Source of the DNA: Candidatus Spongiisociaceae bacterium
GTDB lineage: Bacteria; Actinomycetota; Acidimicrobiia; Spongiisociales; Spongiisociaceae
Direction of reading: 5' to 3'
NCBI GenBank assembly: GCA_965219685.1
Contig: CBDCOH010000002.1
Span: forward strand, 3,488,001 to 3,552,000
DNA length: 64,000 bases
Position numbers and translations under genes: made by a program. Shown piece after piece: positions 9,803-19,688 of this stretch. Position 1 is the first letter of the stretch, and each line of letters begins with the position of its first letter. The notes below the pieces were generated by a model. That model did no database searches. It worked only from the letters and a program-made list of their open reading frames with translations, and was not told where the DNA came from.

Positions 9803-10809
9803 TGCGGCCCTACCCGTACCGCCGCCGCCGCAACGTGTGGTGGTGGATCCTTCTCGTATGCCTGCTGGTCGTCGCCGCGGCACTGGTGGTCAACAGCCGG
9901 GAGACCGAGATCCGTCGCGAGGCATCCTTCTTCGACGCGACCAGAGCCCTGGCGCAGGAGGTGGACCAGGTTGCCGCCGGGTACCGCCGCCTGGTCACCA
10001 CCGAGTTGCGGGGAATCACGCGAGACGACTTCGAGGCCCTGATGGACCGGTTGAGCAAGCAGATGGCGCAGCACTCGGCCGGACTGAAGGAGGTCGACGC
10101 ACCCGGCTCGGCGCGAGCCGCCCGGGAGATGCTGGACATAGCGTTCGAGTCGTGGGCGGCCGGCCTCGACGAGTTCCGGATCGCAGTGACGGAAGTGGTC
10201 GACGAGCCGACCAGCACGGCTCCGGTGGCCCGGCTCGGTGGGGCCATCGTCCAGCTCCGGGTGGGGGACCTGATGTATGGCCGCTACCTGGGCGCCGCCG
10301 ATGCGATGATCGAGGAGTCCGACGTGAGGCTCGGCGAGGTCCCGACGATCGTCTTCGTCAGCGACCATCGGGTACTGCTGGATGCGGCGGGGCTGGCCCG
10401 GACGATCCGAAGCAGCACGCAGATGGGGGTCCGGCGTGATGTCGTGATACTGCAGGTGGTCTTCGAGCCGCTGCCGAGCGGAGGACTGGGCGAGGACGGA
10501 GAGCGGATCTTCCCGGTAACCGACCAGTTGCAGTTCAGCGCGGTGATCGGCAACCGGGGAAACGTGGACCAGAAGGGCCTCAAGGTCACCGCCCGGGTGA
10601 TCTCCGAGGCAGGGGAGGTCCTCACCACGCTCGACAGCCACACGGTCGACCTGGCGCCCGGCGATGTCGGATCGGTCCTGTTCCCTCCCACCGCGGTCGA
10701 TCCCGGCGCCGAGTACATGCTGCGATTCAACCTCACCGTCTTGGAGGACGAGGTCGAGACGCAGGACAACGTGTGGGAATCCCAGATACGGATCAATCCA
10801 CCGGGGTAG
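9802..10809 (+). CDS. Hypothetical membrane-anchored protein with helical region and C-terminal Ig/CARDB-like domain
   Basis: ATG overlaps the upstream TAA; N-terminal TM; beta-rich end (IGNRGNVDQ...DN). Confidence 0.7.
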   Translation: MRPYPYRRRRNVWWWILLVCLLVVAAALVVNSRETEIRREASFFDATRALAQEVDQVAAGYRRLVTTELRGITRDDFEALMDRLSKQMAQHSAGLKEVDAPGSARAAREMLDIAFESWAAGLDEFRIAVTEVVDEPTSTAPVARLGGAIVQLRVGDLMYGRYLGAADAMIEESDVRLGEVPTIVFVSDHRVLLDAAGLARTIRSSTQMGVRRDVVILQVVFEPLPSGGLGEDGERIFPVTDQLQFSAVIGNRGNVDQKGLKVTARVISEAGEVLTTLDSHTVDLAPGDVGSVLFPPTAVDPGAEYMLRFNLTVLEDEVETQDNVWESQIRINPPG

Positions 10810-10838
10810 TTGCTAGTTGCTAGTTGCTAGTTGCTAGT
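10807..10838 (+). repeat. Heptamer tract (TAGTTGC)x4 beginning at a stop codon
   Basis: tagttgctagttgctagttgctagttgctagt. Confidence 0.9.
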
Positions 10839-10931
10839 GGTGATGGATACCGGTTGTGTTCCGGGCCCAAACGGTATGCACCACCGAGGACGGGCTACCA
10901 ACTGCCGGCAGCCGGGGCGTAGAATCGGCGC

Positions 10932-12185
10932 ATGATCGACATCTCTGTTCTGAGGCAGGAGCCTGAGAACCTCAAGGCTGCCCTGGCCAGGCGGGGTCTG
11001 GATCTGGACGTTGACGCCATGGTGCTGCTTGACGAGGCCCGCCGGAACACCCGCGTGGCGGCAGAGCAGATGCGGGCCGAGCAGAGGAACCTCGGCCGCC
11101 GGATCGCTCGTCTCGAAGGCGACTCCAAGCGGGCCGCGATCGCTCGGGCCGGGAAGCTCGCCGCCGACTACCGGAGTACCTTGTCCAGAGCGGATGAGAT
11201 GGACGAGGAGTTCCGGGAACTCTGGATCAAGGTTCCGAACGTAGCACATGCCAGCGCGGCCGACGGCTTCGCGGAGGAGGACAGCCTCGAGTTCAAGCGA
11301 TGGGGCGACATACCGGAGCGTGGCTTCCCCTCCAAGGACCACCGGGAGTTGGGTGCTGCCCTAGGGATGATCGACATCGAGCGGGCAGCCAAGGTGTCGG
11401 GAAGCCGCTTCGGCTACCTGACCGGCCCGGCTGTGATCATCGAGTTCGGCCTGGTGCGCATGGCGCTCGACCTGTTGGGGCAAGAGGGGTTCACACCGGT
11501 CGTCCCTCCCGTCCTGGTTCGCGAGCGGGCGCTCTTCGGCACCGGTTTCTTCCCGGATGACGACCAGCAGGTCTACGAACTGCCACGCGACGACCTGTTC
11601 CTCGTGGGGACCTCGGAGGTGGCGCTGGCCGCCTACCACACCGACGAGATCCTCCCGGAGGACGACCTGCCGCTGCGCTACGCGGGATTCTCGAGTTGCT
11701 TCCGGAGGGAGGCCGGCGCCGCCGGCAAGGACACCTCCGGCATCTTCCGGGTCCACCAGTTCGACAAAGTGGAGATGTTCTCCTTCTGCCATCCCGACCG
11801 CTCGTGGGAGGAGCACGAGTTCCTGCTGTCCCTGGAGGAGGCGATAGTCCAATCCCTCGAGATCCCGTACCGCGTCGTCAACGTGGCGGCCGGCGACCTG
11901 GGCTCGTCCGCCGCCAAGAAGTACGACATAGAAGCGTGGATCCCCTCGCAGGGACGCTACCGGGAGATCACCTCGTGCTCGAACACCACCGACTTCCAGA
12001 GCCGCCGCCTCCGGATACGCTTCCGCTCGGAGGCCGGAAACCGGCTGGTGCACACCCTCAACGGGACGGCGGTGGCGGTGGGACGCCTCCTCATCGCCCT
12101 GCTGGAGAACCACCAGCAGGCCGACGGTTCCGTCGTCGTACCCGCGGCCCTGGGTCCCTACGTCGGCTTCGACAGGGTCGGATGA
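10932..12185 (+). CDS. serS: Serine--tRNA ligase
   Basis: KVSGSRFGYL, GTSEV, FRREAG, RVHQFDKVE, EITSCSN, HTLNGT. Confidence 0.98.
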   Translation: MIDISVLRQEPENLKAALARRGLDLDVDAMVLLDEARRNTRVAAEQMRAEQRNLGRRIARLEGDSKRAAIARAGKLAADYRSTLSRADEMDEEFRELWIKVPNVAHASAADGFAEEDSLEFKRWGDIPERGFPSKDHRELGAALGMIDIERAAKVSGSRFGYLTGPAVIIEFGLVRMALDLLGQEGFTPVVPPVLVRERALFGTGFFPDDDQQVYELPRDDLFLVGTSEVALAAYHTDEILPEDDLPLRYAGFSSCFRREAGAAGKDTSGIFRVHQFDKVEMFSFCHPDRSWEEHEFLLSLEEAIVQSLEIPYRVVNVAAGDLGSSAAKKYDIEAWIPSQGRYREITSCSNTTDFQSRRLRIRFRSEAGNRLVHTLNGTAVAVGRLLIALLENHQQADGSVVVPAALGPYVGFDRVG

Positions 12186-12198
12186 CAGGCGGGCGGGG

Positions 12199-12843
12199 TT
12201 GGTGACATCCCGCCGGCCGGACGCGGTCTTTGCCAAGATCGCCCGCCGGTACGACCTGGTCAACCGGGCGCTCTCCCTCGGGCGGGAGCAGGCCTGGCGC
12301 AGATCGGTGATCGACCGCCTCCCCCCCGGCCGCCTGCTCGACCTCGGCGCAGGCACCGGCACAGCCGGACCCCTGTTCGGCGAGCGGCCCGTGATCGCAC
12401 TGGATCCGGTCTCCCAGATGCTGGCGCTCAACGGCTCGGAGACGAAGGTGGTCGGGATGGGCGAGGCATTGCCCTTCGCGGACGGAGCCTTCGACGCGGT
12501 GTTCTCGGCCTACGTATTCCGCAACCTCGACTCGGTGGATGCCACGCTGGCTGAGATCTCCCGGGTCCTGCGGCCCGGCGGCGTGGCGGGTGTCGTCGAC
12601 CTCGGCCGCCCGAGGAACAGGCTCGCGGCAGCCGCCCATCGGGCCGGATCGGCGTTAGTGGTCCCGCTGGCCGGTGCTCTGGCCGGTGCTCTGGCCGAGT
12701 ACAGGTACCTCAACCGGTCGCTGGACAAGCTGCCCCCACCCGAGCAACTCTTCATGGACTCGCCACTCCGGGTCCAGGAACTCTGGAGGATGGGACCGCT
12801 GGGCTTCGTCTACGGCGCGATCCTGGTGAGTGGTGAGTGGTGA
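12199..12843 (+). CDS. UbiE/MenG-like class I SAM methyltransferase
   Basis: FAKIARRYDLVNRALSLG..WRR, LDLGAGTG, LPFADGAFD, RVLRPGG. Confidence 0.85.
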   Translation: MVTSRRPDAVFAKIARRYDLVNRALSLGREQAWRRSVIDRLPPGRLLDLGAGTGTAGPLFGERPVIALDPVSQMLALNGSETKVVGMGEALPFADGAFDAVFSAYVFRNLDSVDATLAEISRVLRPGGVAGVVDLGRPRNRLAAAAHRAGSALVVPLAGALAGALAEYRYLNRSLDKLPPPEQLFMDSPLRVQELWRMGPLGFVYGAILVSGEW

Positions 12844-12861
12844 GTGGTGAGTGGTGAGTGG
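12825..12861 (+). repeat. Heptamer tract (TGAGTGG)x5 overlapping a stop codon
   Basis: ggtgagtggtgagtggtgagtggtgagtggtgagtgg. Confidence 0.9.
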
Positions 12862-12929
12862 TTGTTGTTAGGTAGTCGTCGGGGGTTAGGGGTAGCTCGG
12901 GGCGCGCTCCAGATCAGCGGAGCGACGGG

Positions 12930-14168
12930 CTAGCGGGAGAGGGTGGCGCGCAGTCGGGGAGTCGACAGCACCACCAGGATTATGACCAGGGCGGGACCCG
13001 CAGCCACCAGGTTGAGCAGGGCGTACCCGACAGCGCTCAGCAGCAGTCCGGCGCTCAGGCTCCCGAGCATCACCATGGTCCAGATGGCCGAATCCGCCCA
13101 TCCCTCCACCACTTGGCGAACCTGCGACGGGGAGGAGGCGAACAGCATGGAACTGCCCGCCACGAAACTGAAACTCCATCCCAGCCCCAGCAGGAACAGA
13201 CCGGCTCCCAGTAGCCAGTTGCTCTCGTACGGGGCGGTTCCGGACACGAGCAGGGAGGCCCAGGTCACCACCGCTCCGATGCCGAGGGAAGGCAGGTATC
13301 CGATGCGGTCCACCAGCCTTCCCACCAGGGGAGCGAAGGCGAACATCCCCAATGCGTGGACGGAGAGCACCAGGCCCACGCTGTCGAGACCGTAGCCCGC
13401 ATCCTCGATGCGGAGCGGAGTGGTCGTCATTACCAGGACCATCGCCCCCTGTGCCGAAAGCAAGGCCAGGATCGACAGCTGTACCGCCGGAAGCCGCAGC
13501 GCCGGGCCGGCGGAACGCGTGGAGGTTGCCGCCTGATGCGCTGTGACGGCCACACGGGAAGGATCGGGTCGGAGAGCCGTCAGGAAGAGCAGCCAGCAGA
13601 GCAGGAACGCAACCACCGCGAGCAGGAAGGCGCCTCCGTAAGGGGTACCCAACCAGTCCTCTGTCACCCGACCCACGCTGTCCACGAGGTTGGCGCCGAC
13701 CAGGGATCCGATCGTGCCCGACCAGACCAGGATCCCCACAGCCCGGCCCCGCCGGTGGTCCTCGGCGAGTTCGGCTGCCGCATACCGGGTCAGATGGATG
13801 GCTCCCAGGCCCCCTCCCACGAACACGGCTCCGCCCACCAGCAGCCAGTACCATCCGAGCACCACCCCGAGGAGTTCCAGGGTGGCTCCCAGTGCCGAAA
13901 CCGGCGGGCCCACAAGCATGATGAAACGGCGCCCACGGCGAGCGCTCAACCTCCCCAGGAGATTGGTCCCGAGAGCCTGACCCAGCGCGCCGGCCGCCAG
14001 GGGGAAGCCGGCGATCACGGTCGACCCGGTCAGGGAGCGGGCCGCCACAGTGGCAACCGTCAGCGTCGCTACGAAAGCGGTCCAGCCCAGCACCGCACCA
14101 GAGAAGAGAACATAGACCAGCCGACGACGAATGGAGGCGAGACGGGTGTCGGGAGTCTGAGATACCAC
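12930..14168 (-). CDS. MFS transporter
   Basis: About 12 hydrophobic segments; GRLSARRGRR and GRLVDRIGY loop motifs; start approximate. Confidence 0.9.
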   Translation of the reverse strand: MVSQTPDTRLASIRRRLVYVLFSGAVLGWTAFVATLTVATVAARSLTGSTVIAGFPLAAGALGQALGTNLLGRLSARRGRRFIMLVGPPVSALGATLELLGVVLGWYWLLVGGAVFVGGGLGAIHLTRYAAAELAEDHRRGRAVGILVWSGTIGSLVGANLVDSVGRVTEDWLGTPYGGAFLLAVVAFLLCWLLFLTALRPDPSRVAVTAHQAATSTRSAGPALRLPAVQLSILALLSAQGAMVLVMTTTPLRIEDAGYGLDSVGLVLSVHALGMFAFAPLVGRLVDRIGYLPSLGIGAVVTWASLLVSGTAPYESNWLLGAGLFLLGLGWSFSFVAGSSMLFASSPSQVRQVVEGWADSAIWTMVMLGSLSAGLLLSAVGYALLNLVAAGPALVIILVVLSTPRLRATLSR

Positions 14169-14299
14169 TCGACACCGGAGTGTATTACGTACGCATCGCG
14201 GCCGGAAACGGCGACGAGGACGCCGAAGTCGGCGGAGGGAGCCACTGCCGCTTCTCGAATCCAATACGATCTCGTAGGGCCTCACTCAGGTTCTGTATC

Positions 14300-14585
14300 C
14301 CTGGTCAACCCGGCCGGGGACGCTATCACCGCCGCGCTTCCCAGCAACAACACACGCCGCGAGCACCACCCCGCCCTGCCACATGCAGACGTAGCGGCCA
14401 GCATCGCCACCATCCGAGCCTCAGCCGCCCACCCAACCACCGTCCTCGCGTTCGAGTTCCTGGTACCCACAGCCTGCCGCTCCGGTGAGTACGAGGCGCC
14501 CATTGGGACGGGATGGACCTAGACACAGCCACATGGACGATCCTTTCCTCCCGCATCAAATCCGCCCGCGAACATCGCGTTCGGT
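14300..14585 (+). pseudogene. Tyrosine integrase fragment (P4-like), frameshifted
   Basis: NPAG...HHPALP..V...LAFEFLVPTACRSGE, then after a frameshift DLDTATWTI...RIKSAREHRV. Confidence 0.8.
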
Positions 14586-14607
14586 CGGGAGTGCGTCTCC
14601 TGTGGGT

Positions 14608-15633
14608 TCAGTTCTGTTCGTTCCACAGCCGTGCTCGGGTCATGAACACAGTCGGGTCGTTCCGCCAATCGATGAAGTCGATACGGTTGCCGTCGGTGAC
14701 CCAGTCGATTCTGCTGTCCAGACAGCGGACAAGATCAACGTCGCCGGCAGCGGCCGCGAAGCCGCCCCGCTCCTCGCTGCTGGTGTCCACCGCTGTGACC
14801 ACCAAGCCACCACCCGACGCGTCGGCTGTGTCGCTGTTGCCGATAACACCGCGTGCTATCCCGTCGATCCGGCCTTCGGCCAGAGCGGTGATCAACTCGG
14901 CCTCGCCCCCGCTGTCGCCCATGTACCGGACCTGGGGCATCTCCCCCGACGCGGGATACAGATACGAACGCTGTTCGAGGCCGGGAGAAGCCCCCGCCGC
15001 GTGGATGAAGAAGGCATCAGAACCGTCAGCCGTCACCGTCCCGGCGGGTGTGGCTATCCGAACGCCCTCTGCCAGCACCCCTTCTTCGTTCGTGATGCCA
15101 GCCAAGACCAGTAGACGGGCCTCGCCGGTCGTGGCCCGCAGAACGCCGATCACCACGTCGGAACTCAGATCCGAATGGGTCGCGAACCGCTCCGCGTCCC
15201 CGGCCCGGACGAGGAGGGATTGGCTGAACGTGATGTGGCCCTTCGTGAAGCTCACCACCACGTTGCCTGCGTCGTCGCGGGTTCGGGACTCGAGGATCGT
15301 TATACCCCCGCCCACGATGTCAAAGTCCGCTTCGGCGGGCCGAAGCCAGATATCGTCCCAGCGCTGGAGCCCGTGACGCTCGAACGTCAGACCAGTGTCG
15401 TCCATGGCCTCGACCGCGGTCAACAAGTCGGCTTCGTAGCCCAGATGGACGTCGAACCCGCCATCGTCGGGACCTGCGGCAGCGCTGTAGCTCACCGGCT
15501 TGAAGTAGGCGTAGAACCCCACATCGAGAACCCGCCCCGTGCTCGGACATCCCGACACATCCGCGGTACCACAACCAGACACCACGACCACCACCAAGAC
15601 CAACGCGAGCACCGCCGCCCTGCGGGACTTCAC
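14608..15633 (-). CDS. Extracellular solute-binding lipoprotein (family 3-like)
   Basis: Signal with VSGC lipobox; VGFYAYFKPVSY, GYEADLL, DIVGGGITILESR motifs. Confidence 0.8.
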   Translation of the reverse strand: MKSRRAAVLALVLVVVVVSGCGTADVSGCPSTGRVLDVGFYAYFKPVSYSAAAGPDDGGFDVHLGYEADLLTAVEAMDDTGLTFERHGLQRWDDIWLRPAEADFDIVGGGITILESRTRDDAGNVVVSFTKGHITFSQSLLVRAGDAERFATHSDLSSDVVIGVLRATTGEARLLVLAGITNEEGVLAEGVRIATPAGTVTADGSDAFFIHAAGASPGLEQRSYLYPASGEMPQVRYMGDSGGEAELITALAEGRIDGIARGVIGNSDTADASGGGLVVTAVDTSSEERGGFAAAAGDVDLVRCLDSRIDWVTDGNRIDFIDWRNDPTVFMTRARLWNEQN

Positions 15634-16145
15634 GAACGAAAGGCCAGAACCGGGCACCGCACCCCTAACCACACCGATCGGGACACATCGTATCGGACAG
15701 CCCCACCCGGCTGGCACACGGCAAGCCCTCGCCGGGGATGAACCGGATCACAAGACCACGAAGACGTTGCCGCCCCCCAAAGCTAAGGAACCCGACTGGA
15801 CGCTGATCTCAACCCGCACCCCCCCAACGTTCTGGAACGACTCGCCCCCAGCAATCACATGCCGGAACTCCGTTCGCGACCGGTTCGGAACCCGAACCTA
15901 CCGGCTGACCCGGCGGAAAACCTCAAGGAATCGACACCGATGGTCCATGTCCGTGTCGACGCGGATCCAAGCCCGACGGTGGTGTTCTGACGGATCAGCT
16001 AGCCCCCGCCACCGAACGGCGGATCAAGGGCCGGGACGGGGAGTAGCCGGAGGCCACAGAATGTCAATCGGTACCCGGGAGGGCCCTATCCCTCGTACCA
16101 CTTCCCTACCCTCGTCGTTCTGGGAGGGACAACGGACGCTACAGG

Positions 16146-16235
16146 CGGAGGGAGTGGGATTCGAACCCACGAGGCGCGGTACGCGCCAACACGCTTTCCA
16201 GGCGTGCGCACTAGGCCAGACTATGCGATCCCTCC
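16146..16235 (-). tRNA. tRNA-Ser(GGA)
   Basis: GGAGGGA acceptor; CACGC CTGGAAA GCGTG anticodon arm; long variable arm; GGTTCGAATCC. Confidence 0.97.
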
Positions 16236-16363
16236 CGGGGCGGTCCCGCCGCGCCACCTGTACCTCCCGGAACAGGAGCACCGCCGACCCGGAGGCGGAA
16301 CCCCGCCAACGGATTCTATAGCGTACCGGAGGCATGCAGTCCGGCCCGCGTCTACACTCTCCG

Positions 16364-16643
16364 GGCGGCCGTGCTACGTGGGGCGCTAGGGGTGTCCTGT
16401 AGCCCGAAACCCTCTACATGCGGGGCGGAATGCCCGCCGAAGGGTGGCGGGGTCCCGTGGTGAGCGGCCGGCACGCGGCGTTGACGGCCAGGTCCTACGC
16501 AGCGGAACGTTCGTGAACCGGGTCAGGTCCGGGAGGAAGCAGCCCTAAGCGAGGCGCTCCGGGTGCCGTGGGAGTGCCGGGCCCGAGTTGGCGACCGGCT
16601 CGCGCCATCGGATCCACATTCGACGGCGGGCTGCTCGGCCGCC
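16364..16643 (+). ncRNA. ffs: Signal recognition particle RNA, large (Alu-domain) bacterial type
   Basis: Helix-8 core tcaggtccgggaggaagcagc at about 16523-16543; 5' ccgtgcta..gggg..tag.ggtgtcctgt Alu-like region; terminal pairing ggcggccg/cggccgcc. Confidence 0.88.
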
Positions 16644-16673
16644 TTAAGGCTGTATTACCCGGGTGGTTGGATC

Positions 16674-17138
16674 ATGCTCTGGAACGTTTGGATGGCGGCC
16701 GCCTTGAACGAGGCGTCGAAAGCACCCGAACATGATGACGTACCCGTGGGTGCGGTGCTCGTGGACGCCGGCGGGAAACTGGTGGCGGCCGACCACAACC
16801 GGCGCGAGGAGAGCCAGGACCCCACCGCCCACGCCGAGATACTCGTGCTGTCGGGGGCTGCCCGCCGGGCCGGCTCCTGGCGCCTCGACGGGCATACCCT
16901 CGTCGTCACGCTGGAGCCGTGCGCGATGTGTGCCGGCGCGTCAGTCCAGGCTCGCCTGGAGCGGATCGTCTACGGAGCGCCCGACCTCAAGGCGGGAGCG
17001 GCGTGGAGCCTCTACAACATCCCCCAGGACCGGCGGCTCAACCACCGGCTCGACCTCGTCGCCGGAGTGCTGGAGGACGAGTGCGCCTCCATCCTCACCG
17101 AGTTCTTCTCGGATCTGCGCGGCGGGCGCCAGGCTTGA
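16674..17138 (+). CDS. tadA: tRNA adenosine(34) deaminase
   Basis: DVPVGAV, DPTAHAE, TLEPCAMCAGA, LNH. Confidence 0.92.
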   Translation: MLWNVWMAAALNEASKAPEHDDVPVGAVLVDAGGKLVAADHNRREESQDPTAHAEILVLSGAARRAGSWRLDGHTLVVTLEPCAMCAGASVQARLERIVYGAPDLKAGAAWSLYNIPQDRRLNHRLDLVAGVLEDECASILTEFFSDLRGGRQA

Positions 17139-17217
17139 TTCGCCGGGCGCGGGGTTCGCCCCGCAAGATGCTCGGCCCGCCCGTCGACCTTCCCCCGCGG
17201 TACAATCCGGCACCCTT

Positions 17218-17307
17218 GGAGGGGTCGCATAGTCTGGCCTAGTGCGCGGCACTCGAAATGCCGTAGGGGGTTACACCTCCTCGTGGGTTCGAATCCCACC
17301 CCCTCCG
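17218..17307 (+). tRNA. tRNA-Ser(CGA)
   Basis: CGGCA CTCGAAA TGCCG anticodon arm; long variable arm; T-loop GTTCGAATC. Confidence 0.97.
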
Positions 17308-17398
17308 CAGCGCAGTGTGCATGGCCGAGGGGCCGTCGTGCGCATAGATCTTGCACGCCCTCGAGTCCAGCCCGGCGGGTCGCCGGCCCGAACCCTTC

Positions 17399-18388
17399 TC
17401 AGGCGCAGATGGGCTGGCGGGCGTTGTCCTCCCACCGGGCGTTCAGCTGCATCGGGGTCACCCCGTCGGCGATGCGGTCCCGGGCGTCCCACCACAGGTT
17501 CGCCCAGTCGTCGGGGTCGGTGAGGACCCGTTCGGGGTGGTCCTTGCTGCGGGCTACGAAGCCCGGGAAGACGGAGCGGCCCGTGGGTTGTCCGATCGGT
17601 TGGTAGCGGAGGTCGAAGCTCCAGCGGATGTCGTCGCTGTGGTTGTCCAGCGACCCGTGCTCGGTCAGCTTGTGGAGCAGGACCGCGCCGCCGGCCGGCA
17701 CCTCCATCGGAATGACCCGGCCGTCGTCGATGATCGACTCGGGAATGTAGATCTCGGCGGGGAAGACCTTGCCAGGACAGTGCAGGGTCATCTTCTCCCG
17801 ATGGCTACCACGCTCGACGATCAGGCAGCCGTTCTCGAGGGTGGCGTCGGTCACGGCGAGCCACACGGTCAGCATGTCGGTGCCATCGGCCTCAGCGTCG
17901 ATGACGGCGGAGTCCTGGTGCCACAGCGTCGCGGCGATGTTGGCGTCGAGGGCCGCCTCCGGCAGACAATGGGCGGGTGGCTTGATGCGGGTGTGCTGGA
18001 CGGGGTTCGAGTAGATCTCCGGCCCGATGACCGACTCCACGATGTCGAGCAGTCGCGGGTTGGTCAGGAGGCCGAACACCGCGGGCCCGGCGTTCATCGT
18101 GTGGGTGTGATCGAGCCCGTCGAACAGCGGCAGCGAGATGTCGAGGTGCTGGTACAGGTCGTACATGTCGTCGAGTTGCTGCATCGCCTCGACGTACTGC
18201 TCGGAGAAGGTTGCCCTTTCGAGCGGGCGGAGCTTGCCTTCGGCGACCAGGTCGGGTGAGACCCGATCCATGATGCCGCAGTACTCGTCCTCGAGGGCCG
18301 CCAGATCAGCTTCGGCGAGTACGTCCTCGACGATCAGGTACCCGTCCTCGCGGAACTGTTCGAGTTGGGTGGCTGTCAATCCGGCCAT
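17399..18388 (-). CDS. Phytanoyl-CoA dioxygenase (PhyH) family protein, copy 1
   Basis: FREDGYLIVEDVL, WHQD, TVWLAVTDATLENGCL, HGSLDN..DIRWSFDLRY. Confidence 0.92.
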   Translation of the reverse strand: MAGLTATQLEQFREDGYLIVEDVLAEADLAALEDEYCGIMDRVSPDLVAEGKLRPLERATFSEQYVEAMQQLDDMYDLYQHLDISLPLFDGLDHTHTMNAGPAVFGLLTNPRLLDIVESVIGPEIYSNPVQHTRIKPPAHCLPEAALDANIAATLWHQDSAVIDAEADGTDMLTVWLAVTDATLENGCLIVERGSHREKMTLHCPGKVFPAEIYIPESIIDDGRVIPMEVPAGGAVLLHKLTEHGSLDNHSDDIRWSFDLRYQPIGQPTGRSVFPGFVARSKDHPERVLTDPDDWANLWWDARDRIADGVTPMQLNARWEDNARQPICA

Positions 18389-18475
18389 CGGGGACACCTC
18401 CTCACCTGTTTGTGCGCGCGACTCTATATCTGTGGGAGCGGAAACAGGGGGTGTATCGCGAAGAAGTCGCCCCGT

Positions 18476-19465
18476 TCAGGCGCAGACGGGGAGCCCGGCA
18501 TTGACGTCCCATCTGGCGTTGAACTGCCAGGGAACCCGGCCGCCTACGATGCGGTCCCTGGCCTGCCACCACAGGGAGGCCCACTCGTCGGCATCGGTGA
18601 GCACCTGCTCAGGATGTGCCGCGCTGCGGGCAATGAACCCGGGGAACACGGAGCGGCCCGTCGGCTGGCCGATCGGTTGGTAGCGGAGGTCGAAACTCCA
18701 GCGTATGTCGTCGCTGCGGTTGTCAAGAGAACCGTGCTCGGTCAGCTTGTGGAGCAGGACGAGCCCACCCGCACCCACCTCTAGCGGGACGACCCGATCG
18801 AAGTCGATGATCGCCTCGGGGATGTAGGTGGTGGCGGAGGCGGCGGTTCCGGGACAGTGCATCGTGAGGTCCTCCCGGTGGCTGGCCCGCTCCGCGATCA
18901 GGCACCCGTTCTCGACGGTGGCGTCCGTGATAGCCAGCCACACGGTCAGCATGTGCGTCTCGTCCGCCTCGGGGTTGATGACGCCCGCGTCCTGGTGCCA
19001 GGTCGTAGCGGCGATGTTGGAGTCGGTGACGGCGTCTGGCAGGGCGTGGACAGGCGGCTTGATCCGGGTGTGCTGGACCGGGTTCGAGTAGATCTCGGGC
19101 CCGATGACAGACTCCGCTATGTCGAGCAGCCGCGGGTTGGTGAGCAGGTCGAACACGGCCGGACCGGCGTTCATGGTGCGGGAGAGGTCGAGTTCCTTCA
19201 CCATCGGCAGGCAGATGTCGAGATGCTGGTAGATGGCGTACATGTCGTCCACCTGCTGCATCGCCTCGACGTAGCGCTCGGAGAAGGTGGCGCCTCGCAG
19301 CGGCGGGATCCGCCCCTGGGCGACCAGACCGGCGGTCACCCGGTCGAGGATCTCCAGGTACTCGTCCTCGATGGCGGCCAGTTCATGCTCGGTGAGCACG
19401 TCTTCCACTACGAGGTACCCGTCCTCGTCGAACCGCTCGAGTTGCCCGACGGTGAGGCCCGCCAT
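18476..19465 (-). CDS. PhyH family protein, copy 2
   Basis: Same motifs; colinear paralog of copy 1. Confidence 0.92.
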   Translation of the reverse strand: MAGLTVGQLERFDEDGYLVVEDVLTEHELAAIEDEYLEILDRVTAGLVAQGRIPPLRGATFSERYVEAMQQVDDMYAIYQHLDICLPMVKELDLSRTMNAGPAVFDLLTNPRLLDIAESVIGPEIYSNPVQHTRIKPPVHALPDAVTDSNIAATTWHQDAGVINPEADETHMLTVWLAITDATVENGCLIAERASHREDLTMHCPGTAASATTYIPEAIIDFDRVVPLEVGAGGLVLLHKLTEHGSLDNRSDDIRWSFDLRYQPIGQPTGRSVFPGFIARSAAHPEQVLTDADEWASLWWQARDRIVGGRVPWQFNARWDVNAGLPVCA

Positions 19466-19599
19466 CCGCCACCTCCGTTCGTACCGCTCACAAGCAGGCT
19501 ATACAAGGCGCGGCCCGGCTGGGCGCGATTCTCGAGAGTCCCCATCCGGCCGGTGCGTCGATTCAGGTCACCTATCGGCCGTCTGCGATACTCACGACG

Positions 19600-19688
19600 G
19601 GAGGGATGGCCGAGCGGACGAAGGCGTCGGTCTTGAAAACCGATGGGCCCGGTGACGGGTCTCGTGGGTTCGAATCCCACTCCCTCCG
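19600..19688 (+). tRNA. tRNA-Ser(TGA)
   Basis: TCGGT CTTGAAA ACCGA anticodon arm; GGAGGGA/TCCCTCC acceptor. Confidence 0.97.

Larger units (their letters stand above)
14231..16154. mobile_element. Decayed mini genomic island at the tRNA-Ser(GGA) 3' end
   Basis: 11-bp direct repeat ggcggagggag at 14231 and 16144 (tRNA 3' end) encloses an integrase remnant and one cargo gene; atypical composition. Confidence 0.6.
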
